64,000 nucleotides of DNA. Origin: Malacoraja senta. Lineage: Eukaryota. This document shows positions 51,976 to 63,901 of this stretch, piece after piece. A model generated the notes under the pieces. The model saw only the letters and a program-made list of their open reading frames with translations. It did no database searches and was not told where the DNA came from. How positions within the stretch are numbered: the stretch's first letter is position 1; every line of letters starts with the position of its first letter. The translations under genes were made by a program, and so were the position numbers. The stretch is taken from the NCBI GenBank assembly GCA_038087875.1, contig CM075994.1, positions 4,156,001 to 4,220,000 of the forward strand, written 5' to 3'.

Positions 51976-53707
51976 GTAAGAACAGATTGGGTTACGATGT
52001 GCAACCAAAATAAATACACAAATTGGTCAATTACGACCACTTCCATGTCAGATATTGTTTTTTTCCTGGACATGTTGGGTGTCATTTTGCATTACGGTTG
52101 TCGCAATCTCGGCAGCTTCAAATAAACTAGGCGTTTTAGGAATGGTAGTGGATCTACACTTTATAAATGGGATGAGAGCAAGGAATCCGAAATCACGCCC
52201 GCGTTTAATGTACCGAATTCAATGAAGTTACCGATACCAGAGTGTGAATCTGTTGTAGTTTTCGGAGCTAAAGTTAGATGGGGACCCATAGGCTGAGAAC
52301 ACCAGATAGATTAGATTTGATATACCTTCGATGCATACTTCCTGTCATGTGCTTTATTCGTATTAAGACGGGATGTACTGAAGACTAGCCTAACTCTGTG
52401 TAAATATTCCCTGCATGCGTCAACTGTTGCTCTACTTTAAGTGGTAGTTTTGAGCGGAAATAGGTTTGCGCTGGCTTTCGCGTAAAATAAGCCTACCTCT
52501 CATGTTTCACAGAAAAAACAAATATATCGAAAGCTGCAAATGACCCCTTTATGCACACGTCTAATACATTTCAGCAGTCACAAATGTAACCAGAATATTT
52601 GTATAAAGGACATTTGCATACCACTAAAATAAATATAAAACTTTGCAGTTTAAAACTTATGGAACTGAAACATTTTGAATCGTATTATGAATAAAGAGTC
52701 AAGATCGTCGAAATGTCTGCCAATATATCGATGTTGTTACACCAAACGACGCATCGGGTTAGTTGCATGCTGCCATTTGGTTGTATACTAACATAGCTGG
52801 TGGCAGTCGTCCATTTTCAAAAGGTATATTTACAGTCTGTCTCACGTTCAAGATAAGGGACACCACCCAGTTGTAGCTTTGTTCGGTACGAAATATCTCT
52901 GGTAAAACTTAGGACAAAATGCTTCTCCAAAGAAGGGTTAAATTGTTAGAAGTATTATCTCGATGTTTGTCCGGTGGATATGGAAAAAATGCCTGCCAAT
53001 AGATTGATAGTAAATGCAACAGTTTAACAATTTGCCCGTTACGGAAAATATTTTGACGTCAGAATGCCCTTGACAACGCTTTTAGTTTTAACTGAATACC
53101 TTTAACAATGTTTTACTATAGTCTTGCCGCGCTGAAACAATTGGGAATATTTCTATGAATGGAGTGAGCTGCACCCATTCTGACTTTGGTCACGAGAGAA
53201 ATACCAGAGATATCAATGATAACAAAAGCAAACATCGACAATAGGTATGAAAACAATTATTTGTGTTGTTTAAGCTGTATCTCCATTAGACTTTGATCTT
53301 AAAATGGTGTTCACATCAAAAGCAATTTCACAAGTAAACTACGCTTATTATTAAAGGTAAATAATTTGGAAAGAAGCGTGGAACACTTTTAAGGAAATAA
53401 TCCGGCATCGATAACGCAAGGAATGAATATTTAGAAGTAAACCGGGGAGAGACTAACGTGTCAGCATTTATGTGGCAATATCAATTGCAACACAATCGAA
53501 ATGACCGCGGTTATCAACCACAAAATGTTACAGTCAGCAGCATTCTCTTGATTGTTACTGTCCATTGTTATATATTTGGAAAATGTTCATGCGCCACAAA
53601 TTCCTTATCTCACGATTCATTCCACTGGAATGTGTTTTTTTTTCTCCTTACAATAGTTCAGAGTAAAAATCGTGAGGGTACGGATTACTTCCCTCTTTTG
53701 TATTCAG

Positions 53708-53720
53708 ATTGCAATAGAAG
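53708..53720 (+). CDS. Candidate 13-nt phase 0-1 micro-exon (IAIE)
   Basis: ttccctcttttgtattcag | ATT GCA ATA GAA G | gtatgt; supplies the G for the next exon. Confidence 0.45.
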
Positions 53721-53725
53721 GTATG

Positions 53726-53925
53726 TTTAAGAAATAACTGCAGATGCTGGAAAAATCGAATGTAGACAAAAATGCTGGAGAAACTCAGCGGGTGAGGCAG
53801 TATCTATGAAGCGAAGGAATAGGTGACGTTTCGGGTCGAGACCCTTCTTCTGACTGATGTGGGGGCGGGAAGAAGAAAGGAAGAGGCGGAGACAGTGGGC
53901 TGTGGGAGAGCTGAGAAGGGGAGGG
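53726..53925 (-). mobile_element. Penelope-derived short repeat with 9-bp flanking direct repeat
   Basis: Homologous to 27988-28174; mutated hammerhead core (CAGAAGA) at 53822-53855; gaaggtatg at 53717-53725 and 53926-53934. Confidence 0.7.
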
Positions 53926-54790
53926 GAAGGTATGCTTACTTGCGCTCAATATCTCAAATGATCCTCATGTACTAAATGGTGGTTTACGTCTTCAATGTCA
54001 ATATTCACTTTGATAACGTTATTATCACAAGCATCTGCAAATATATATGTTTTTTAGAGCCCGAGACTTTCCCATATCGACATGTATGTCCTTCAGTCTA
54101 ACTGTGGATCATAATACGGAGAGCACAATATTAAAGTGATCGACTACTGACATCGGAGTTGCGTTGCTATAAAGCCAGGTTTCAATTTTTTCTAGGAAAT
54201 TCTAAACAAAATGTTCACAAGTAAAATTCTAAAGTGCTCGTTTCATAGCAAGTATCTTGAATCCTTGGATACATGGCTGGTTGATGTAAATAAATTGAGC
54301 TGAACTTTAATTGCACTGAAATTGGGACAATGGGAATAATAGAAGAGGTTTGGTTTACGTGCTCTACCATCATTTGTTGCAGAACGTGAACAGGTAATCG
54401 TGAATTGGCTTCGTTCAGTTGTGTCTTGATGTTCATTGCTGTTGACCATGGGAAATAAATATTGCAAGTGTGATACAGATCTAATAATCACTATCTTGTA
54501 TTATTGTGCACATTGTAAACCAAGAACTGGCATTGTAAACCAAGAACCTAAGCTGAAGATTGAAATCGCCAAGTATTAAAGGGACAGTGTCGGTGGAAAA
54601 ATACTACATTGTGCGTTTATACTACTACTTTAAAAAAAATCAAATGTGACTTCTCCACTCATTCCAATCAGGTGCTCGTTTTTTTGCCTTGTGGAAAATG
54701 TCGGATATAATTTCCTTTGGCACATGTAGATACACATCCACTGTTATAAAGTAGTAACAAGAAACAATAACTCACTTTTCTTTCCCGCAG

Positions 54791-54922
54791 GTTATGAATT
54801 TGAAATGGAAGCACGCGTTGATGAATGCATCGACACAGGAGGATTACCGATTGATATCAACATTTCAAGTCAAGTTTCCACTTGCAAGCCTGAAACAATG
54901 TCTCAATCCTTTTCTACAAGAG
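54791..54922 (+). CDS. Putative 132-nt phase 1-1 exon (GYEFEMEARVDECIDTGGLPIDINISSQVSTCKPETMSQSFSTR)
   Basis: Branch-like taactcac, ttttctttcccgcag acceptor, 43 open codons, gag|gtaatt donor. Confidence 0.7.
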
Positions 54923-55039
54923 GTAATTATTTACTGAAAACAAGCTGATAATAATGGCAATGTGGTGTAGAAAATAAATGTGCATTTTTAACCTTTCATC
55001 TTGTTAACATCAGCAATGTTTATCATACTAATAATCTTA

Positions 55040-55202
55040 AGATAGACACAAACATCTGGAGTAATTCAGCGGGTCAGACAGTGTCTAGAGAAAAGGAATA
55101 GGTGACGTTTCGGGTCGAGACCTTTCTTCAGACTGCGACTCTGACCCGCTGAGTTACTCCAGCTTTTTGTATCTATCTTCGGTTTAACAAGCATTTGCAG
55201 TT
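55040..55202. mobile_element. Imperfect fold-back Penelope-derived repeat with intact minus-strand hammerhead core (55101-55134)
   Basis: gatagacacaaa...ctggagtaattcagcgggtcag / ctgacccgctgagttactccag...tatctatc arms. Confidence 0.65.
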
Positions 55203-55518
55203 GAATCCTACACATACTATAACTCCATTCTGCAATAAATATCCTGGAAAAGATGCAGCTTGATATCAATGGAATGCGAAGGACATGGTGTTGTTTATTT
55301 CTGATATGGTCTTGAAACAATGAACTCCGGAGCGTTGGTGAGAAGCACCATTTAGGAGCAAAGTCCATATCTAAACCATTCTGAAGAGGCACCCGACCCC
55401 AAACATCGGTTATCCATTCCCTCTACAGATGCTGCCTGATCGAGAGGGTTACTCCACAACCTTGCGCTTTGCTCGAAACCATTCATGCCCTCATGCCTAT
55501 CTTAACTCCGTTGTTATG

Positions 55519-55640
55519 GGCGGCACAGTGGCGCAGCGCTGGGGCTGTCTTACAGCGCCAGAGCCTTTTGATCTTGACTACGGGTGATTTCTGTACTGAG
55601 TCCGTACGTTCTCCCTTTGAGCTCGTGAGTTTTCTCATAC
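55519..55640 (+). mobile_element. HE1/V-SINE-like 5' fragment
   Basis: ggcggcacagtggcgcagcg...gactacgggtg...cgtacgttctccc, similar to 3448-3740. Confidence 0.65.
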
Positions 55641-56473
55641 ACGGAGTCATTTTCAGAATAGTGGTAGTTACACAACAATGAATTCCACCATTTGTGAAAT
55701 GAGATCCCGAATCAGCCAAATTGTAGGAATCACGCTAGTTGAAATTTCAGTATCATCGCATTAGTAAGTTCAACAAAATCTGGCCTCCATTAAGTCATTC
55801 AACATTAAGTCATTCGACATTAAGTTCCATGAATCTCAAAAGTACTGCTTTGCATCAGGAAAGAACAAAATCGAAAAGTCCGTGTTTCACATTCGGCCGA
55901 ATATAAGTAAACGCAGATATAATTTCCATCAATTTGAATGAACATTTCAGCAATTCCAAAACCGGTGGAAAACTTGAAAAAAAGCTGTACAATCAAGAAT
56001 TAAGTCAAGAGTATATAATTGTCATATGTAATGACAATGGAACAGCAGATAACCTTGATGAACCTTAGCAGGCAATCAAATGCTATAACACAGAGATAAT
56101 ACATAATAATCAAAAATGCAACACATTAATAATCATAACATTAGCAAGTATTGTGATCATTATTGATTGAGCGGCGAAACATACTGGATCGGCCGATTGG
56201 CTTCTATTTGCACCGATGATTTGTGAACAAATAAAGTATCTCTCAACAAGTATCTATTGTGATGTTCTGAACAAGTTTTGTTTCGATTATTATAATTGAC
56301 ATTCTGTACGCAGAGGCAAATAGCAGGTTGCATAATATTCAAAATTCTCCTAAAAGAACATCAGGTCTTAGGGAATTGGAACGTACAGGTTGTCCCGTGG
56401 AAACTCGCTCTTTGTTCTTCCGAACAGAATTGTAAATCGTAATAGCTGTCTTCCAAAATACACAAGTTAAGTC

Positions 56474-56846
56474 ATGTACAAAATCACGAGAAGAATGGAT
56501 CGGGTAGGTGCACAGAGTCTCTTGCCCAGAGTAGGGGAATCGAGGACCAGGGGACATAGGTTCAAGGTGAAGGGGAAACGATTTAATAGGAATCCGAGGG
56601 GTAGCTTTTTCACACAAATGGTGGTGGGTGTATGGAACAAGCTGCCAGAGGAGGTAGTTGAGGCTGGGACTATCTCATCGTTTAAGAAAGAGTTAGACAG
56701 GTACATGGATATAACAGGTTTGGAGGGAGCAAGCGCAGGCAAGTGAGACTAGTGTAGCTGGGACACTGTTGGCAGGTGTGGACGTTGGGCCGAAGGGCCT
56801 GTTTCCATACTGTATCACTCTAGGACTCTAAGACTCTATGACTCTA
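56474..56846 (+). mobile_element. CR1 3' end
   Basis: ORF 56474-56746 YKITRRMDRV...TRGHRFKVKG...WNKLP; (gactcta)n tail. Confidence 0.9.
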
Positions 56847-57457
56847 ACTGGTTGACTCCGAGTCCATTTTTTTCTGTTTTCTTGTCTGTAACCGCACTGA
56901 ATGAAAACGAAAACGGTATACATTTATAAACCTATCCCTAACAACATAGAATAATTCCAATCGCACTGGGCCTCGTTCTGTAATACAAGTTGAGGTATAT
57001 TTGCTGCTCTGCCGTTTGGAGGTAATGATAATAATTGGAACTAAAAGTTCTCATTAGAATATCAAAAGGTTAAGAGGAGCGATAGCATATCATACAGAAC
57101 AGGCATTTGGCGAATTACTTGATTGTCCATCTGAAGCATAACATGGCTAACGCAACACGGAAATTCCCAAATGCACTGATGTTTCAAGCAACGAAAATCA
57201 ATGGCCTTCTATTGGCCTGCTTCAGTTGTGCTACCCGGGCCACATCAGATAGTCCATGACGTTATGCTCACAGTTATCACCTGTTAAATAGAAGAGTCCA
57301 GTAATAATAAGTTAACCCGTGTGCCTTGTCATCCAATATTAAAAAAATAAATCGTGACTGAAAAATATGCACCTGATCTGTACTTGCTATTGCAAATATG
57401 GAAACGAAATAAATTCGCCACAGAAATAAAAGCTTGAATTCTTAATGTTGCATATAG

Positions 57458-57493
57458 AATTGGAAAACACCATGGAAACCGTAACTAAGAAAG
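57458..57493 (+). CDS. Candidate 36-nt phase 1-1 micro-exon (ELENTMETVTKK)
   Basis: gttgcatatag | AA TTG GAA AAC ACC ATG GAA ACC GTA ACT AAG AAA G | gtgatc. Confidence 0.45.
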
Positions 57494-57789
57494 GTGATCA
57501 ACACAGATACTTTTTTTAATTTAACCGTGATGAAATATCGTGTACATTTCCATGCCGAACATTTTTAAATTAACAATGTTTCGTTGTTCTACGAGTGAGT
57601 TAAGATTTAGCACGAAATGCCGTTTTCTATCACAATTTCATTTGTTCAAATTTAATTGTATTGATTGAGCAGTTACTTCTTTAGCCGTTTTAATTCATTG
57701 CACTCGGCGTTTAATTTATTTATTGTGAGTTCAGAAAGCGATATATCCATATTCAATATAATTCGGTATTTGCGTTTGTTTATCAACAG

Positions 57790-57816
57790 AACAAATCTCC
57801 AGCCTTCAAGAGAAAG
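57790..57816 (+). CDS. Putative 27-nt phase 1-1 micro-exon (EQISSLQEK)
   Basis: tttgtttatcaacag | AA CAA ATC TCC AGC CTT CAA GAG AAA G | gtgtct. Confidence 0.55.
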
Positions 57817-59054
57817 GTGTCTACTTCGGAAATGGGCAGAGTTCGTTGCATTCTATCTCCATTTTAGAGGTTTCTGACTTTCGTTACTAATTCGTAAAAA
57901 AACGGACTAGCCTTTTCAGAACTCATCAGAAAAAAGGACAATTTGAAAGGCCAAAATGATGGACCCTCGTGCCACCCACACAACCATTACTATCATCCCT
58001 GAGTGCCGCTTCCCTTTATTAACACCATGCCTCTTGGCTTCCTTAATGTCGAAAAACGTGTCAAATCTGACTTTGGATATCCTCAGCTACGTCGTCGCCA
58101 CATTCCTCTTGGATAATGTGTTCCACAGACTGCCTTGAGATGAAGTTTATTTCTCACATTTCTGTCCGGACTGGTTGAATCCTTATTTTGAAGCTGTAAT
58201 CTCTCGTTCTCGCCGAGGCAGGTAATAATTCTACATATACAATGTCAAGAGTCTTAACATTTGCGAGATTATCCCACATTCCTTTAAACTAGCGAGTACA
58301 AATTGATTCTCCCCATAGGGCTAACACTATAAATGCATCATGGCGAAAGACGATGCTGAGAATGTAGATAAGGTAGCGACACATTACTGCGTGATTGTGC
58401 ATTCCACCACCACCACCACCACCACAGGCATACAAACACATAATGTTTCCCTGTTCTTGTGCTTCTTGTTTTGAGTTATCGAGTGAAAGGTGAAAACGGA
58501 AGCTGTTGGAAATCGGAAATGAAAGAAAACATGTTGAAATGCTCATCAGATCAGACAGTGTCTGTGGAAAAGGAAGCAGATAGATCAAACACCGTTGTTA
58601 AGAACTGGAAGAAGATGCATATATTGTGTTTAAGTAGCCGCGAGGATGAGAGAGGAATGAATGATGCAGATGAGATAAGTTTGTATCATATTCTGCTCAG
58701 ACATTGTGAGACGAAGGGTTTGTTCCTGTGCTATACTATGCTTGTTCTATAGTCAGCTCTTTTATCATTGCCCTCTCCTTTACCCGTCCACCAAGCAGTC
58801 CAGAATCCTGTTAGCCATGCTTCAACGGTGCAGACATCAGGCCTCCAGTGACCAACATAGCACGATATCGTTTGGCAATGAAATCGACATCCTTCACGAT
58901 AGCAGCACAGCCAGCCGATCTCGCTAATTGGCGTAAACTGTTCATAGTCAAATATCCTTCTACTATCATTGTGGATCATCCTTTGTGCTTAAATACAATC
59001 GTGAAATAGAATGAAAAGCACGTGGTAAACTATGTATTACTTATTATCAGACAG

Positions 59055-59078
59055 AGTTCTCAACGAAAGAAAATATGG
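59055..59078 (+). CDS. Candidate 24-nt phase 1-1 micro-exon (EFSTKENM)
   Basis: ttattatcagacag | AG TTC TCA ACG AAA GAA AAT ATG G | gtaaat; competing AG 4 nt upstream. Confidence 0.4.
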
Positions 59079-60152
59079 GTAAATGCATTTCAATCTCATG
59101 AACGATAACTCTGCATTCATGAATCAATAATGACACAGACCAGCAACCAGATTTCTGCTTTTCGTCAATTTGAACCAAATATAGCAACAAATGAAATGAA
59201 ATCCTTCTCAGCCACGGTAGAGTTTCTGCCCGACTTTTACACGCCATCCATATTTTGCTGAAATTGTAAATGGACCATCACACTCCAGGTAATTTTGTGT
59301 TATGCCTTAAATGGCTGTATTCGACCAATCATTATGCCCAACCTCGTACGTCCTTTCCCTTGAATGGGAACCCGCTTTCTATATCGCCCAAAGTTAAACG
59401 TATTTAGTGCATTAATGGAATCGAGTTTGAATTTGCCAGTTCCTCCACCCCTATAGGTTTCAATTGCATCTGAACCGGATTTCATCATGAACATAAATAC
59501 AAACCAAATTGTCATGTCCAGAATGAGAGGTGACATCAGCTCCTATTCACTAGCCATCAACACAAGTGAGGCTCTAGGCTATGTGTTTATTCTTAAGCTC
59601 TACTCTCCTTCAAATGTTAAAGGTGGACGATACATGGGCGAGCGTTAACCTCGAGGAAGCATATAAGAACCCGAAATAATTGGTATGGCAGAGGTGGAAA
59701 AGTAGTTTATTTTCGAGGCTGAGTCAACAGTGAAGTAATTCACCCGAGAAAAAACCCACGCAAAGCAGTATCTTCCAAATCGTTGCTGCATTTATATCAA
59801 ACTTACCACCAGGTGTATCTCTGTGCCTTCACTGAGACAGTAAAACAGACTTCTAACTCCGGGTTCCTGTATTACCATGTTCATTTAACCTTAGCGGGTA
59901 TTCTTGCTTGATTTCATTTTATTTACCATGATATTTTAGCTCTGAATAATTACTGCAAACGCTAAACCAGCTTAGCTCTTCAAATCGTTGAGATATATGT
60001 CTGATCGTTACATGTGAAATCATATGAACAACTAAATGACGTGATCATAACGAGATAGATTATAAACTATTCAAGATTCTTTTAGAGGTTGCAGGCGGAA
60101 GGCAAATATAAATAAATGATTAATACATGTAGGATTTCGTTTCTATTTGCAG

Positions 60153-60176
60153 AACTGGCAAAATCTGAACAAGCAG
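60153..60176 (+). CDS. Putative 24-nt phase 1-1 micro-exon (ELAKSEQA)
   Basis: tttcgtttctatttgcag | AA CTG GCA AAA TCT GAA CAA GCA G | gtgaag. Confidence 0.6.
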
Positions 60177-60769
60177 GTGAAGAAACATGCATGTCAATGT
60201 TATTGTCGTTAATTGGAGAAATCTGTAATTTGTCTTGCTAGAGGTTGTAAATTATGGTTGAGAACACAAAACTATTGTTCTATTCTTTAAGTCAACTTCC
60301 ACATAAGAAATAGGAGCAGAGATAGGACATTTTGCCCTATGGCTTGCCCCATCATTCATATGCGTATTCTTCATTCATTAAAATACATCCCACTGCTATA
60401 CTGTAAATGTTCGGGCTATGGACATCCTTTGACCACATATGCCATGTGCCATACCTTCAGATAGTTAGCGCAGAGGCCTACAAAACATCACACACTATTT
60501 TTCTGTCTGGGTTATGTCGCTTGCCTTAATGGAAGGCTTTACATACTCCACAAAGAAATGTGTTCAGCATGCTCTAATTCGCAAGTGCCACGACTAAAGA
60601 ATTTGTTTCTACTTTCAAAGGCGTAAAAGTTAAGAGACAAGCACCAAACATCGGTAAGGATTGCAGTTCGTGTTGAAATAAGTAAGTTCATTAGTAACTG
60701 TATGTTTCGTCTGGTGACTTCAGAAATACTTCTGTTAAGAAACTGCATTAAGAAATAGACGCCCTGTGC

Positions 60770-60925
60770 ATTAAAGACATAGTTAGACAGGGACGTGGAT
60801 AGTACATTCTTGGAGGGATATGGACCAAAGCGCAAGTAGGTGCGACTGGTGTAGCTGGGACATGTTGGTTGGTGTGGGCAAGTTGGGAGAAGGCTGTTTT
60901 CACGCTATAAGACTCTGTGACTCTA
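60770..60925 (+). mobile_element. CR1 3' UTR fragment
   Basis: Similar to 56680-56846. Confidence 0.7.
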
Positions 60926-61649
60926 TTAGTTTTGCATATTATACCTGATCCGATTAATCCATTCAATACGTGGAAAATTATGTAATGGAAGTTGCAACCC
61001 AAATCTGCTGGACTAAAATCTAATGTACCAGCAACGCTCATGTAAAATGACACTGATGCTCAATTACACTTTCAACCTTCAATTTTGATATCAGGTTGTT
61101 TCCCAAAGTAATCGAAATTGTGTATGCCGTAATAGCAAACCATATAGCGTTCGCCTGGGTGCTTGTTACAATCTTCTTCTCTTCGTGCATTTAGGAAATA
61201 AGCTTTCAAGCCAACGAAATCGCAAATAGTATTCATATTTAAAGTAATTTAATTTCTCTGATGCGGGCATTTATCACGAGGACAATTTTATTTGCTGTGT
61301 GACAAAATCCTATTGCAAATTGTAATGCGTTGCTTTAAATCTAGATTGTGCTTGAATCCACAGTTCAATAAGAATTTATTTAATAAGATGAATGAAATGA
61401 ATATAATACACACGCACTACGTTTACGCTCTTCTGTCATCGAAGAGTGTGTTCTTGAGCATAATTTCATATTTTACGGAACAAATAATACTCCTTTCCCA
61501 AAGTGAGACAGATCGGCCTTAAACTGGAAACAGAATCCTGTTGAAAGGGATTAATCCATTATTTTGCACATTTTGAGAATACGTTGATGACCCTTGTGTC
61601 TTAAACTAATAAAAAATGTCGCTGAATCGATATCACTTTTTTTAATACA

Positions 61650-62235
61650 AGAAGTGCTGGAATAACTCAGCAGCATCTCTGGAGAACATCAATAAGTGAT
61701 GTTTCGGTTGGGTCTTTTCTTCAGACTGATTGTGGTGGTGGAGGGGGGAGAGCTGGCGAGACGAGGTCTGGCAAGATAACAGGTGAATACAGGTGTAGGT
61801 GTGGGGCAATTGGCAGAAGGTTGCACAAAAGCCAGAGATGAATAGAGAAAATATGTAAAATAATGAGATGGGGATAGAAGACGCAGAGGTGGAAGGGGAC
61901 AGAGGTAAGAGGAAAGGGAGATATGCGCGCGGACCCAGTGGGGCACTGGAAGAGCGAGAGGGGGGGCAAGGGAGGGGATGTCTGTTACTTAACTAAAACT
62001 GGAGAATTCAATCCCCATAAAGTCAGGCTATAGGCTACCCAAGAACACAAAGTGTTTTCCTCCAATTTATGCGTGGCGCCACTCTGGAGTTAGGGGAGCC
62101 CCCGATCAGAAAGATCAGTATGAGATTGGTAACGGGTGAGCAACCGGGAAAGCCAACAGCCCTTGGCGGAGCGAACGTAACTGTTCGGCGAAACGTTGCA
62201 ACCTAGGATTCTCCGATCTCCCGGATGCCGAGCAA
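61650..62235 (-). mobile_element. Penelope-like element 3' end (GIY-YIG C-terminus plus terminal repeat with decayed hammerhead)
   Basis: Reverse strand HKLEE...LGSL*PD..GIEFSSF remnant adjoining the ctgaaga...ccgaaacatcac repeat. Confidence 0.65.
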
Positions 62236-63290
62236 TAATCAGGCATTCCATTGCGTTCGTCCAGCGGATTGTTTATGCTCCAGATTCGAACATCTACTTC
62301 CATCTGTCAGTACGCCTAGATCTTTGAACTCGAAACCAATGCATTTTTTAGATTTACGACACGATGTTATTAGGTTATGTATGGCTAAATAAATTATGAT
62401 ATTTGGCAGTTTTATTTCAAATAGTTTATTTGTCCCCTCCCTGAATATATGTACATGGCAAATGAATAAACCCAATGAAGAACGAGTGTAGACTCTCCCA
62501 CTGCCATCCAATACAATTGTGACAGTCGTATAAACCATTAAAATCATGTTCAATTCGGGTAATGGGAGGGGCGTGACTACTGACGAGAAACAACAGAATC
62601 AGCACTATTATGTTTGGTGGTTACCAAGGTTGGTGAGGAATTGGGTCTCTTTGAGCGATTACTTCATCTCATCACTCTGCCAAACGTTCCTGTCTGCCAC
62701 TAGATATGTTTAGAATAAAGTGGAGCATACCATTTTCCTCTGTGAGCACAGTTCCTAGAGCGAAAAGTTCTATATCATCCCAGATGAAATCCTACCTTCC
62801 ATTGACAATCAATACACTATGTTAAATATCTGTTTGCACCATTACTGGTACAAGAAGACCAAATGGTCAATGTATAACATGTCCGGAATCAACGTACCTT
62901 CTAAACGCGAGACTTTGGCATAGACGATAACTGTATAAGAATAACGTCACATTTACGTTTCTCTCCAAGAGAAACGCCATTTTGACTTCAAAATATATCA
63001 CAGTTTCTTCATTGTCCTTGCGCCTAAATATTGGAGTTTATTTATGTAGCAGCGAAAGACTTCACTCGAAAAAATGCTGGCCCTCCCTGCGACGCTCTCA
63101 TATTGCTAACTAAAATAAAATTGCGAGGTTCGAAATGTAATGCAAAATTTCACGATAACACGTATTTGGTACACCGCTGTAGTAAATGATGCCTGCAATC
63201 TCAGTGAATGGGAGGGATGGATGCAGACTATTGATGATCAATGTATGTTGTCACTGTTGACATAACATCTTCCCCTTCATATGTCTTCAG

Positions 63291-63308
63291 GTTTCGCAAC
63301 TCAAGAGG
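63291..63308 (+). CDS. Putative 18-nt phase 1-1 micro-exon (GFATQE)
   Basis: cttccccttcatatgtcttcag | GT TTC GCA ACT CAA GAG G | gtaagc. Confidence 0.6.
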
Positions 63309-63564
63309 GTAAGCCTAAAATATTCCAAAGTACGTGTTGCGATCTATTTAATGTTATTATATCGCTCTGAATTAATTTGAAATTACCCTCGGATGTAATG
63401 AATAACTAGCTTTATTTTAATTAAATATTGAGCAGTGCCGATTTCTTCACCCTAATAAATGTAAACTAAATTTGACTTCAGAAAATAAATAAAGCCTGCT
63501 ATATTTGAATAGTTTGATTTTCACGCATTGAACTCTTGTCTATTGTTCAACCAACCTGTTTCAG

Positions 63565-63591
63565 AGTATGAATTACTGCGGCAACGACTGG
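63565..63591 (+). CDS. Putative 27-nt phase 1-1 micro-exon (EYELLRQRL)
   Basis: acctgtttcag | AG TAT GAA TTA CTG CGG CAA CGA CTG G | gtaaac. Confidence 0.6.
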
Positions 63592-63877
63592 GTAAACTGC
63601 GTCTTTGAGTCAATGTTTAATCTTCAAAGGAGGACATAAATCCGCGCATTCCAAAATCTAAATCATCGTTCAGTACATTTATCCCTAAATGATTCGCTGA
63701 TAATGAAGTAGAATTTTAAATAGCGTTATAATAGCAATCCACCGACACCCTACTTCAATTGCTCAATATATCATAATAAATGAAACATTGTTTTTTTTTT
63801 AAATTGAATAAATTTTTATCAGGATACATGTTTCATTTGCTGCTTAAGTTATACCTTGTCATCGAATGATTCGCCAG

Positions 63878-63901
63878 TTGCAACTTTACAAGAAATTGCA
63901 G
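63878..63901 (+). CDS. Putative 24-nt phase 1-1 micro-exon (VATLQEIA)
   Basis: attcgccag | TT GCA ACT TTA CAA GAA ATT GCA G | gtaatc. Confidence 0.5.

Noticed and set aside
52513..52589. Possible terminal exon EKTNISK...QSQM* followed by AATAAA
   Set aside because: Chance occurrence likely in AT-rich DNA; position between candidate first and second exons unexplained
58190..58225. Donor cag|gtaata with upstream AG
   Set aside because: Lies in a decayed antisense CR1 fragment; length not a multiple of 3
1957..63901. Assigning a gene symbol (butyrophilin, BG, triadin) to the micro-exon chain
   Set aside because: Only the exon architecture is similar; no Ig, transmembrane or B30.2 exon was recognised in the window
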